NCBI GenBank assembly: GCA_024641285.1 | Contig: JAHEDH010000001.1 | Span: 4,135-68,134 of the forward strand | Direction: 5' to 3' | Origin: a bacterium | GTDB taxonomy: Bacteria > Actinomycetota > Acidimicrobiia > Spongiisociales > ZC4RG35 | DNA length: 64,000 nucleotides | Shown here: in pieces, positions 38,317 through 47,090 of the stretch | Layout of the letters: each line of letters starts with the position of its first letter | Numbering within the stretch: the first letter of the stretch is position 1 | Position numbers and translations under genes: made by a program | The notes under the pieces: model-generated | Databases searched by the model: none | What the model was told of the DNA's origin: nothing | The model's input: only the letters and a program-made list of their open reading frames with translations

Positions 38317-38461
38317 CATGGTGACACGAACTCAGAGACCGCTCCACTGGTTGGGCTTCCTCGGATTCCTCGGATTCCTCGGGTTCGAGTTCCCGCCCTT
38401 CTTCGCCTTCATGCCGTTCTTCCTGTTCTTCCTCTACCTGCGCCAACCGCATCGGCTCTGA
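38317..38461 (+). CDS. Candidate 47-aa Phe-rich hydrophobic mini-protein or leader peptide (MVTRTQRPLHWLGFLGFLGFLGFEFPPFFAFMPFFLFFLYLRQPHRL)
   Basis: ATG preceded 6 nt by AAGGAG (GAGAAGGAGAACACC-ATG); 16 of 47 residues are Phe; contains a 9-bp tandem repeat. Coding status unproven. Confidence 0.35.
38354..38389. repeat. 9-bp tandem repeat, about 4 units (GGCTTCCTC GGATTCCTC GGATTCCTC GGGTTCGAG) encoding GFL repeats
   Basis: Seen directly in the sequence. Confidence 0.6.
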
Positions 38462-38681
38462 GGGTCGGACCCTCGTCGAGGCGAGGCACCTGGGCAGGAG
38501 CGACCAGCCCGACTGACAACCGACTCTGTCGAAGCAGGCGAGGATGAGGTGAACTGCGTAGCGGTGGCCACCCCTGCTTAACTCAATCGCCTGATCTCCG
38601 AGGACCCCATGCAACCAGCGACGAACGCAGACCCGAGCACGGTACGCCGGCAACGGCTCTCGTCGGCGACCGACTGAAGCC

Positions 38682-40754
38682 GTGGCCAAGAGTCTCTACA
38701 TCGCATCCCTCGAGCCCAGAGCCGGCAAGTCGGTGGTCGCTCTCGGGTTGATGGAACTGCTGAGCGCCCGGGTGGAGCGCCTCGCCTACTTCCGGCCCGT
38801 GGTCCCGGAGACGGCCGATGTCCGCAGCGCCCTCATCCAGGCCCGATTCCCTGCCGCCGCCGTCGCCCATGCCTTCACCTCCGAGCAGGTCGAAGACCTG
38901 CTGGCCGACGGGCGCAACGACGACGTGTATCGCGGGATCCTCGAGCAGTACCGCAGTCTCACCCACGACGCCGACTTCGTGTTGTGCGACGGCACCGACT
39001 ACACGGGCGTCTCCGCCACCTACGAATTCGCCTTCAACGCCGAGGTGGCAAATCACCTGGGGGCTCCTGTCGTCGTCCTCATCAATGGCAATGGCCGAGA
39101 CGCCGAGGACGTCGTGGAGAGCGTCATGGTCGCCCGCGAGTCGCTGATTCGCGAGGGGTGCACACTGGCCGCGACCATCGTCAATCGAGTGGCGACCGAA
39201 GACCTCGAGGCGATCTCGACCGCCCTCGGAACCGTTCGGGGCCACGAACCGGAGTTCACGATCCCCGAAACACCGCTGCTTGGCATGCCGACCTTCGCAG
39301 AGGTGGTCGAGTCGATCGGCGCGATTCCCGTGATTCCGTCCGGCGAGGTGGAGGAGAACCGGGAGATCACCGGATACAAGATCGCCGCAATGTCGCTCCC
39401 GAACTTCCTCGATCACGTTGGCGAGGGATACCTCGTGATGGTCCCGGGAGATCGATCCGATCTCATCGCCGGGGCGGTGGCGAGTCGGGTCTCGACCACC
39501 TATCCCAACATCGCCGGGCTGATCCTCACGGGCGGGCTCGAGCCCGCCCATCAGGTGCTCGACCTCATCGAAGGCATCGAGGATGCCCGTATGCCGATCT
39601 ATGCGGTCGACACCGACACCTTCCAGACCGCCCGAGATGTCGCCGCCGTCACCGCAGTGATGCGCCCGTCGAGCGAGCGCAAGATCTCAACAGCCCTGGG
39701 CCTCTTCGAGCGCCACGTCGACGTCGAACTGCTCGCGGATCGCATCGATGTCACCAGGTCGGACCGGGTGACCCCGCTCATGTTCGAGTACGACCTGATC
39801 GAGCGGGCCCGCGCAGCCAACAAGCACATCGTGCTGCCGGAAGGCACCGACGACCGAATCCTCGATGCCGCCGAGATCCTCACCAGGCGCGCTGTCGTCA
39901 AGCTCACCCTGCTGGGAGAGGTCGAACGGATCGCCAAGCGCATCGCCGAACGGGGGCTCCCGCCCGGATCGGTGAAGATCATCGACCCGGCGACGTCACC
40001 GCTCCGCGAGCAACTGGCACGCCGGTATCAGGAGCTGCGGTCCCACCGGGGCGTCGCCATGGAGAACGCCCTCGACGTCATGCTCGACGTCAACCAGTTC
40101 GGGACGATGATGGTCGAGACCGGGCTAGTCGACGGGATGGTCTCCGGCGCCGCCCACACCACCCAGGCCACCGTGCGGCCGGCGCTGCAGGTGATCAAGA
40201 CCCGGCCCGGCGTGAGCATCGTGTCGTCCGTTTTCCTGATGCTGCTTGCAGACCGCGTGCTCGTCTACGGCGACTGTGCGGTGAACCCCAATCCGACCGC
40301 AGAGCAGCTCGCCGACATCGCCATCAGCTCCGCCGAGACCGCCGAGCGCTTCGGGATCGAGCCGGTGGTCGCCATGCTCTCGTATTCAACGGGCGCATCG
40401 GGCCAGGGTGAGGACGTGGAGCGGGTGCGGGAGGCGACCAAACTCGCGAGGGAGCGCCGCCCCGACCTGCGTATCGACGGGCCGATCCAGTACGACGCAG
40501 CCATCGATGCCTCGGTCGGCAGCAAGAAGCTGCCCGAGTCGAGCGTCGCCGGTCAGGCGACGGTGTTCATCTTCCCCGATCTCAACACAGGCAACAACAC
40601 CTACAAGGCGGTGCAGCGGTCCGCAGGAGCCATCGCGGTGGGACCGGTGCTGCAGGGACTGAACAAGCCCGTCAACGACCTGTCCCGCGGGTGTGAAGTT
40701 GCCGACATCGTCAACACCGTCGCCATCACCGCCATCCAGGCCGAGAACAGCTGA
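38682..40754 (+). CDS. pta: Phosphate acetyltransferase, long form with N-terminal DRTGG/P-loop-like domain
   Basis: 690 aa; C-terminal PTA catalytic domain (SRGCEVADIVNTVAIT). GTG start; stop overlaps ackA ATG. Confidence 0.85.
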   Translation: MAKSLYIASLEPRAGKSVVALGLMELLSARVERLAYFRPVVPETADVRSALIQARFPAAAVAHAFTSEQVEDLLADGRNDDVYRGILEQYRSLTHDADFVLCDGTDYTGVSATYEFAFNAEVANHLGAPVVVLINGNGRDAEDVVESVMVARESLIREGCTLAATIVNRVATEDLEAISTALGTVRGHEPEFTIPETPLLGMPTFAEVVESIGAIPVIPSGEVEENREITGYKIAAMSLPNFLDHVGEGYLVMVPGDRSDLIAGAVASRVSTTYPNIAGLILTGGLEPAHQVLDLIEGIEDARMPIYAVDTDTFQTARDVAAVTAVMRPSSERKISTALGLFERHVDVELLADRIDVTRSDRVTPLMFEYDLIERARAANKHIVLPEGTDDRILDAAEILTRRAVVKLTLLGEVERIAKRIAERGLPPGSVKIIDPATSPLREQLARRYQELRSHRGVAMENALDVMLDVNQFGTMMVETGLVDGMVSGAAHTTQATVRPALQVIKTRPGVSIVSSVFLMLLADRVLVYGDCAVNPNPTAEQLADIAISSAETAERFGIEPVVAMLSYSTGASGQGEDVERVREATKLARERRPDLRIDGPIQYDAAIDASVGSKKLPESSVAGQATVFIFPDLNTGNNTYKAVQRSAGAIAVGPVLQGLNKPVNDLSRGCEVADIVNTVAITAIQAENS

Positions 40755-41890
40755 TGCGCGTCCTGGTGCTCAATTGCGGCAGCTCGTCGATCAAGTACCG
40801 GCTGTTCGACGGCGAAGCGCCCGTGGCGAAGGGCATCGTCGAGCGAATCGGCCAGCACGACAGCGACGTGCCCGACCACCGGACGGGGCTCCGGCGGGTC
40901 CTCGAGGCACTCGCCCCTCACATCGCCGACAACGGCCTCGACGCCATCGGCCATCGGGTCGTGCACGGTGGCGAGGAGTTCGTGCAACCGACCTTGATCG
41001 ACGACGACGTGATCGAGCGCATTCGCGCCCAGATCCCGCTCGCCCCGCTCCACAACCCGGCGAACCTCCTCGGAATCGAAGTGGCCGTGGCGCTCGAACC
41101 GCAACTCCCGCAGGTCGCGATCTTCGACACGGCGTTCCACCGGACGCTCCCCCCGCGTGCCTTCCGATATGCCCTGCCGGAATCGACGTACCGGGATCAC
41201 GGCGTCCGGCGCTACGGCTTCCACGGCACTTCCCACGCCCATGTCGCCCAGCTCGCAGCAGAGCATCTCGGTCGCCATCTCGCAGATCTGAACCTCATCA
41301 CGTTGCACCTCGGCAACGGCGCCAGCGCTACCGCCATCGAGAAGGGGAAGAGTGTGGACACCTCGATGGGGATGTCTCCGCTGGAGGGGCTGGTGATGGG
41401 GAGCCGTTCGGGAGACATCGACCCGGCGATCGTCTTCCACCTGGAGCGTTCCGCCGGCATGACCAACGATGAGGTCGAGTCGATGCTGAACCGCCAGAGC
41501 GGGCTGCTCGGCTTGTGCGGCGACATGGATCTCCGCGAGGTGGATCGGAGAGCCGCCGGAGGCGACGCCGATGCCGCGCTCGCACTCGATGTGTACGGAT
41601 ATCGGGTCAAGAAGTACGTGGGCGCCTACCTCGCCGTGCTCGGCTCGGTCGACGCCGTCGTCTTCACCGGCGGCGTCGGTGAGAACCAGCCAGATATCAG
41701 GTGGCGCGCACTCGCCGGGATGGCCGGGCTCGGTGTCGAGCTGGACGCCGAGCTGAACCGCTCCGTCGACCTCTCTGCCGGGCCTGCGGCGATCCATGCC
41801 GCGGCGAGTCGCACTGCCGTGCTGGTGATCGCCACCAACGAGGAGCTGGAGATCGCCCGCCAGGTCCGCCAGGTCGTGCTCGCCGGCTGA
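40754..41890 (+). CDS. ackA: Acetate kinase
   Basis: MRVLVLNCGSSSIKYRLFD N-terminus; VHGG, HLGNGAS motifs. Confidence 0.9.
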   Translation: MRVLVLNCGSSSIKYRLFDGEAPVAKGIVERIGQHDSDVPDHRTGLRRVLEALAPHIADNGLDAIGHRVVHGGEEFVQPTLIDDDVIERIRAQIPLAPLHNPANLLGIEVAVALEPQLPQVAIFDTAFHRTLPPRAFRYALPESTYRDHGVRRYGFHGTSHAHVAQLAAEHLGRHLADLNLITLHLGNGASATAIEKGKSVDTSMGMSPLEGLVMGSRSGDIDPAIVFHLERSAGMTNDEVESMLNRQSGLLGLCGDMDLREVDRRAAGGDADAALALDVYGYRVKKYVGAYLAVLGSVDAVVFTGGVGENQPDIRWRALAGMAGLGVELDAELNRSVDLSAGPAAIHAAASRTAVLVIATNEELEIARQVRQVVLAG

Positions 41891-42056
41891 GCCATCTGGC
41901 GAGAAGAGGGTCGCGTACGGAGCGGACCGAGCTGTCGCCCGGTGTGGACGAACCCCACGGCGCGAATTGCCTGGCTCGCGGCGGGCCGCCCGCAAAAGTG
42001 ACGATTGGCTCTGGGTTCGACGAACGACGGATTGCAAGCTCGATGCGAGGTGCCCG

Positions 42057-43013
42057 ATGACCGCCACTGAACGAACCGGCAAGCAGACCGCTGCCCGGCA
42101 CGGCGCCGCGGCCATCGAGGTCTCGGGCCTGCGCAAGTGCTACGGAGACGTGATCGCGGTCGACGACATCAGCTTCACCGTGCAGCGGGGTGAGATCTTC
42201 GGCCTCCTCGGGCCGAACGGCGCCGGCAAGACGACCACGCTCGAGTGTCTCGAGGGATTGCGTCGGTCCGACGAGGGCCGACTGGACGTCCTGGGCGTGG
42301 ATCCCGACCGCGAAGCGCACCGACTCACCGACTTGATCGGCGTGCAGCTCCAGGCATCCGGGTTCCCGCCCACGATGACCTGTGACGATGCCATGCGGTT
42401 CTTCTGTTCCTATCACCACGCTGCGCCAAGAGGCGATCTGCTCGATCGTCTCGGATTGAGCCACAAGCGCGCCACCCGGTACGACGAGTTGTCGACCGGC
42501 CTGCAGCGCCGGCTGGCCCTGGCTCTCGCGATTGGGCACGAACCTCAGGTGGTCATCCTCGACGAGCCAACCGCCGGCCTCGACGTGGCATCGAGGGTGG
42601 AGCTGCACCGCATGATTCGCGAACTGAGTGAAGCCGGAACCACGATTCTGTTGGCAACCCATGACATGGCCGAGGCCGAGCAGATGGCCGATCGTGTCGC
42701 GATCCTGCTTCGGGGCCGCATCGTGGCGACCGGGAGCCCTCGAGACCTCACCGCCACCGGGAATGGCCTCACCAAGATCTCCGTCCGTAGCGAACGGGGC
42801 ACGATCGGAGCAGGAACCGATATCGAGACCGTGACCCAGACGGCCGCTTCCGACGAGTACTCGATCATGTTCACGAGGGACATCGGGACAACCGTCTCCG
42901 CCATCCTCGAACGGCTCGAGACGGCTGACGATCCGCTGATCGACCTGCGCGTGGAGCGCCCGTCGCTCGAGGAGCGCTTCCTCGAGCTCACGTCCGAGGC
43001 GGTCACCTCGTGA
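42057..43013 (+). CDS. ABC-2-type transporter ATP-binding protein (DrrA-like)
   Basis: GPNGAGKTT, LSTGLQRRLALALAI, ILDEPTAGLD. Start ATG 42057 after GAGG. Confidence 0.85.
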   Translation: MTATERTGKQTAARHGAAAIEVSGLRKCYGDVIAVDDISFTVQRGEIFGLLGPNGAGKTTTLECLEGLRRSDEGRLDVLGVDPDREAHRLTDLIGVQLQASGFPPTMTCDDAMRFFCSYHHAAPRGDLLDRLGLSHKRATRYDELSTGLQRRLALALAIGHEPQVVILDEPTAGLDVASRVELHRMIRELSEAGTTILLATHDMAEAEQMADRVAILLRGRIVATGSPRDLTATGNGLTKISVRSERGTIGAGTDIETVTQTAASDEYSIMFTRDIGTTVSAILERLETADDPLIDLRVERPSLEERFLELTSEAVTS

Positions 43014-43819
43014 CGGCCTTCGTCCATCACCTCGGGTTCGAGTTCCGCAGCGGGCTCCGAAACTCGACCTCGATGCTCATGTACTACTTGTTCCCCCTCG
43101 GGTTCTACGCGCTGATGGGCGTGGTCATGGTCCAGATCAATCCCGACTTCGGCGAGCTGTTGATCCCGTCGATGGTGCTCGTCACGCTGATGGCGGGGAC
43201 CCTGTTGGGACTTCCCGGCGAGTTGGTCGAGGAGAGGGAGGCGGGCATCTTCCGGAGCTTCAAGGTGAATGGGGTCCCGGCGATCTCGATCCTCGTCGTC
43301 CCACTGCTTGCCAGCGCCTTCCACGGGACGATCGGGTCGGCCGTCATCGCCCTCACGGCCGGACCGCTGTTCGGCGTGACGGTCCCGACCAACTGGGTGG
43401 CGTTCATCCTGATCACGCTGTTGAGCGCGTTCACGCTCGGGTCCCTGGCGGTGCTGATCGGCGTCGTCTCGACGAGCAGCCGGGCGACCGTCCTCTGGTC
43501 ACAACTCGTGTTCCTGCCGTCGATGCTCATCGGCGGGCTGATGGTCGATCTCGAGCTGATCCCGTCGACCGTGCGGGGATTCTCCGGGCTGCTCCCCTCC
43601 ACCTACGCCATGCAGGCGTACCGCGGCTTGGCATACGGCGCAGAGACCGTCTTCGACCCGACCCTGTCGGTGCTGGTGCTCGCTGTCGGCGGCGTCGTGG
43701 CCTTCACCCTGGCCGTCTCCCTGTTCAGCTGGGATCGAAAGAACTCCACCCGTCGACTCCACCCTGCGCTGGCGCTCCTGGCGATCGTCCCGTACGCGGT
43801 GGGCACGCTGCTCGCCTGA
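43010..43819 (+). CDS. ABC-2-family transporter permease
   Basis: 269 aa, six hydrophobic helices; 4-nt overlap with the upstream ATPase. Confidence 0.75.
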   Translation: MTAFVHHLGFEFRSGLRNSTSMLMYYLFPLGFYALMGVVMVQINPDFGELLIPSMVLVTLMAGTLLGLPGELVEEREAGIFRSFKVNGVPAISILVVPLLASAFHGTIGSAVIALTAGPLFGVTVPTNWVAFILITLLSAFTLGSLAVLIGVVSTSSRATVLWSQLVFLPSMLIGGLMVDLELIPSTVRGFSGLLPSTYAMQAYRGLAYGAETVFDPTLSVLVLAVGGVVAFTLAVSLFSWDRKNSTRRLHPALALLAIVPYAVGTLLA

Positions 43820-43824
43820 GCGCC

Positions 43825-44712
43825 TCAGCGGTCGGCAGGTGCGCCCGCCTCGGCGATGATCTCCGCCATGACGGTCATCCCGGCCTCGATTCCCGCTCTC
43901 GCTACCGGGTAGGCAGGCACCATGAGTCGATCCACTCCGATATCGGCCATCAACTGGACCGCGCCGCCGGGGTCGTCGAGGAACCGCCCGGGGTAGGCGG
44001 CCGAGATCTCGATCTCTTCGAAGTCGCGCCCCGCGGCGATGCACTGCTCGCGCAGCGCCGCCACGATCCGCTTCAGCTCATCGATCGAGTCGGGCCCGGG
44101 ATAGAAGCCGTCGCCGCGAGCAACCGTCCGCCTGATGGCGGCGTTCGACTGGCCCCCGACAACGATCGGGATCGCTCTGTCGGCCGGCTTCGGGTTCAGC
44201 GAGACATCGTCGAACGCGAACACTTCTCCCGTGAACGACGCGGAGCGGTCGGACCACAACAGGCGCATGGCGTCGATCATCTCGTCGACCCGTTTCCCCC
44301 GTCCACCGAATGGCACTCCGACCGCTTCGAACTCCTCTTCGAGCCATCCGGCACCGATACCGAGTTCCACCCGTCCGCTGGTCAGATGGTCGAGCGTTGC
44401 GAGCTCCTTCGCCAAGACGAGCGGATTGCGCAGCGGGAGGATCATCACACCGGTGCCGAGACGGATTCGGGACGTGGCGGCGCCGACCCATGTCAGCCAG
44501 ATCAGCGGATCCGGAATCGGAACGTCGGGCGTCCCCGGCATCTTCCCGGTCGGGTGATACGGGTACACCGAGTCGTACTGGTGCGGCCAGATGACGTGCT
44601 CAACAGTCCAGACGGATTCGAACCCGGCCTCCTCCGCCGCCACGACCAGGTCCTTCGCCGGGCCGGGATCGGTGAACGGGATCGTGTTGGCGTATGCCAG
44701 CCCGAACTTCAC
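43825..44712 (-). CDS. LLM-class F420-dependent oxidoreductase
   Basis: LLM motifs (KFGLAYANTIP, ESVWTVEH, GTGVMILPLRNP). GTG start 44710-44712 forms a GTGA overlap with the stop of the carotenoid-oxygenase gene. Confidence 0.7.
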   Translation of the reverse strand: MKFGLAYANTIPFTDPGPAKDLVVAAEEAGFESVWTVEHVIWPHQYDSVYPYHPTGKMPGTPDVPIPDPLIWLTWVGAATSRIRLGTGVMILPLRNPLVLAKELATLDHLTSGRVELGIGAGWLEEEFEAVGVPFGGRGKRVDEMIDAMRLLWSDRSASFTGEVFAFDDVSLNPKPADRAIPIVVGGQSNAAIRRTVARGDGFYPGPDSIDELKRIVAALREQCIAAGRDFEEIEISAAYPGRFLDDPGGAVQLMADIGVDRLMVPAYPVARAGIEAGMTVMAEIIAEAGAPADR

Positions 44713-46172
44713 GCCTCGGTGCCCCGTGCCCGGTCCAGGTCCTCGGCCGGGACCCAGCACGAGTGGAAGCCATTCGGCACCCGCACCGGCAGCTTGACCC
44801 TGCCGAGTGGACCGGAACCGAGGTCGGCGGCGTCCAGGATCACGAGCTCCGAACGATCCTCGGCAGCGTCGTACACGAACGACAAGAGGTACCCGTCGTC
44901 CTCGGCCGTCCCGTCGACACGCGGCGCGAACGGGGCCTCCGAACCGTAACGTCCAGGCCCGAACTGGTATCGCTCGTCGGTTCGCCGGTCGAGGTCGAAC
45001 TTGACGATCCCGTCGAAGTACATGGTGGTGTCGCTGTTGATCGAGACGTTGTATGCATAGCGATTGCGGACACCGACCAGAGAGGAGTCGATCATCGGGA
45101 ATTCGGTGTTCCGATCGTCGAGCGGCTCCTCGGTGGTTCGACCGGTCTTGAGATCGAAGCGATACCGGTGGACGTAGGCGTCGAGCCGCAGGTAGTTGAG
45201 GATGCTGGCGAGCGGACCTCTGAACTCGACAGCGGGCGGGCCGGGGACCCGGAAGCGGCAGACGTCGAGGACGATCTCGTCACCCTGCTCCCAGGCATTG
45301 ATGGAGTGGTAGATGTAGCAGGGCTCGGCTTCGAACCATTGGACCGCAGTTCCGTGTCGGGGAATCACGCCGAAGCGCGCCGGGGTGTTTCCGAGGAACT
45401 CGAGCCGGTGACGGCCCGCTCTGGCCGAGGCCTCGTCCACGACGAGCGGGAGATCCATGACGATCGAGTAGTTCTCGGTGATCGCCATGTCGTGCGGCAT
45501 CCGTGCGCCCGGGATGTCGATCTCGGTGTGGTGGGTGACCCGACCGTCTGCCGAAACCACGCCGTACGACATGTACGGCGGCGTCGGCCCGTAGTCGAAG
45601 TACACGAACTCACCGCTCCTCGGATCCACCTTGGCGTGCGCCGAGACACACGATTGCCTGGTCCCGCCCCAGTCCTCCCGCCCCACGGTCTCGAGGCTGA
45701 ATGGATCGATTCGGTACGGGGCTCCCGCCAGATACCACAGAGCGACCAGGTTGCCGTTGTGGAACAGGACGTCGGTGTTGGCGGTGTCTTTGAGCCGGAG
45801 CCGTGAGCCGTCGTCGGGGTTGGCGGTGCGGGGCTCGGCGACGCCGCCCCACAAGGCGCGGCCGGCTTCCCGGTCGGCGGCGAGGCCCTCGGTGGCCACC
45901 GATCGGTTGCGATACGTCGCCTTGCCATCCTCGAGGTGGATGCCGTGCAGCATTCCGTCCCCGTCGAACCAGTGATACCGGCCTTCTGTGCGGTAGCGCG
46001 GATTCGGCCCGTTCCGGACATACATCCCGGCGAGGTCCGCCGGGATCTCGCCGATCACTTCGAGGTCGCTCGCCTCGATCTCCTCGTCGACCGGCGCATA
46101 CGGGCCGACGAGATACGGGTTCTCCCCGGCGTCCAACGCCACGGAGAGGGCGTCGTTGCGGACAGTGGTCAT
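44709..46172 (-). CDS. Carotenoid-cleavage-oxygenase-family (RPE65/CCD) dioxygenase
   Basis: 488 aa from ATG 46172 (GAGGAG 5 nt upstream); CCD-family His-containing blades. The longer ORF start is upstream junk. Confidence 0.8.
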   Translation of the reverse strand: MTTVRNDALSVALDAGENPYLVGPYAPVDEEIEASDLEVIGEIPADLAGMYVRNGPNPRYRTEGRYHWFDGDGMLHGIHLEDGKATYRNRSVATEGLAADREAGRALWGGVAEPRTANPDDGSRLRLKDTANTDVLFHNGNLVALWYLAGAPYRIDPFSLETVGREDWGGTRQSCVSAHAKVDPRSGEFVYFDYGPTPPYMSYGVVSADGRVTHHTEIDIPGARMPHDMAITENYSIVMDLPLVVDEASARAGRHRLEFLGNTPARFGVIPRHGTAVQWFEAEPCYIYHSINAWEQGDEIVLDVCRFRVPGPPAVEFRGPLASILNYLRLDAYVHRYRFDLKTGRTTEEPLDDRNTEFPMIDSSLVGVRNRYAYNVSINSDTTMYFDGIVKFDLDRRTDERYQFGPGRYGSEAPFAPRVDGTAEDDGYLLSFVYDAAEDRSELVILDAADLGSGPLGRVKLPVRVPNGFHSCWVPAEDLDRARGTEA

Positions 46173-46187
46173 GGGCGCTCCTCGCAG

Positions 46188-46209
46188 ATTTCTAACGGCC
46201 GTTAGAAAT
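46188..46209. promoter_or_regulatory. Perfect 22-bp palindrome ATTTCTAACGGCCGTTAGAAAT, 16 bp upstream of the carotenoid-oxygenase start codon; candidate operator for the adjacent TetR
   Basis: Reverse complement is identical; it is the only AT-rich element in a GC-rich spacer. Confidence 0.55.
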
Positions 46210-46416
46210 CTACCACTTGTCGCCCCCAGGCGCAGCCAGAGGGGATCTGGATGCAACGCGCATCCGCCCCCATGGCTCGCCGACGAAAATCGTGTCCCCC
46301 GAGAGGGGGGATCAGAACCTCAATGCGCAACCGCCCCCATGGCTTGCTGGCGCAAGCCTGTTTCCCTGCGGGAACACACAGGCCGCCCTGTGCCCCGCAC
46401 CGAGGAACACACGGAG

Positions 46417-47010
46417 TTACCGGGGGTCGGCGGCGATCCCGGTGAGGATCATGTCGGCGAACACCTCGGCGACTTCGGACGAGGAGTGGCGCCCGGACGG
46501 CTCGAACCAGAACAGGGTCGAGTTGCACATCCCGACGATCGCCTTCATGAGCAGCCACGAATCGGCGTCCGATCTGAGCAAACCCTCGGACTGGGCTCGC
46601 TCGATCAGCTCGACCCACAGGTACTCGTAGCGCCGGCCCAACTCGTCGACGCGGTCGGCGAGCTCCTCTGAGATCGCGTCCAGGCGCTCCGACTGGAAGA
46701 TTCGATAGAGGTCGGCATGACGATCGAAGACATCGAGGTGCCCGGCGACAGCAGCCCGAATCTGGTCGACGGAGCTTCCGTCGTCCTCGGTGATCGATTC
46801 GAGCATCGACACCGCCAACCCGACCCGCCCTCCGACGGTCGCAGCCAGGACCGCCTCCTTTGATTCGAAGTAGTAGTAGAGCGACCCGGCTTTCATCCCG
46901 AGACCGTCGGCGATGTCCTGCATGCGCGTGGCGGCGTATCCGCGTTCGGAGAACAGACCGGCCGCAACGTCGAGGATCCTGCTGCGTTTGTCCACCCGCT
47001 TCGTCGTCAT
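46417..47010 (-). CDS. TetR/AcrR-family transcriptional regulator
   Basis: 197 aa from ATG 47010; HTH RILDVAAGLFSERGYAATRMQDIADGLGMKAGSLYYYFESKEAVL. The upstream 200 codons of the listed ORF are an Arg-rich artefact. Confidence 0.8.
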   Translation of the reverse strand: MTTKRVDKRSRILDVAAGLFSERGYAATRMQDIADGLGMKAGSLYYYFESKEAVLAATVGGRVGLAVSMLESITEDDGSSVDQIRAAVAGHLDVFDRHADLYRIFQSERLDAISEELADRVDELGRRYEYLWVELIERAQSEGLLRSDADSWLLMKAIVGMCNSTLFWFEPSGRHSSSEVAEVFADMILTGIAADPR

Positions 47011-47090
47011 CACCGCCAGCCTATGCCCGCGGTGACGGCACCCACGTAGTCGCTCACGATCGGCCCCGGCCGAGGGAGTAGCGTGAAACG

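Noticed and set aside
38204-38689. 161-aa minus-strand ORF with a Glu-rich run (EEQEERHEGEEGRELEPEESEESEE)
   Set aside because: It is the antisense of the Phe-codon tandem repeat (GAA/GAG opposite TTC), has no RBS, and overlaps the pta start; treated as an artefact, although the plus-strand mini-ORF itself is also unproven.
41891-42056. Possible terminator or structured RNA after ackA (GCGGCGGGCCGCCCGC region)
   Set aside because: No clean stem-loop could be drawn; the stretch more likely holds the promoter of the downstream ABC-2 operon.
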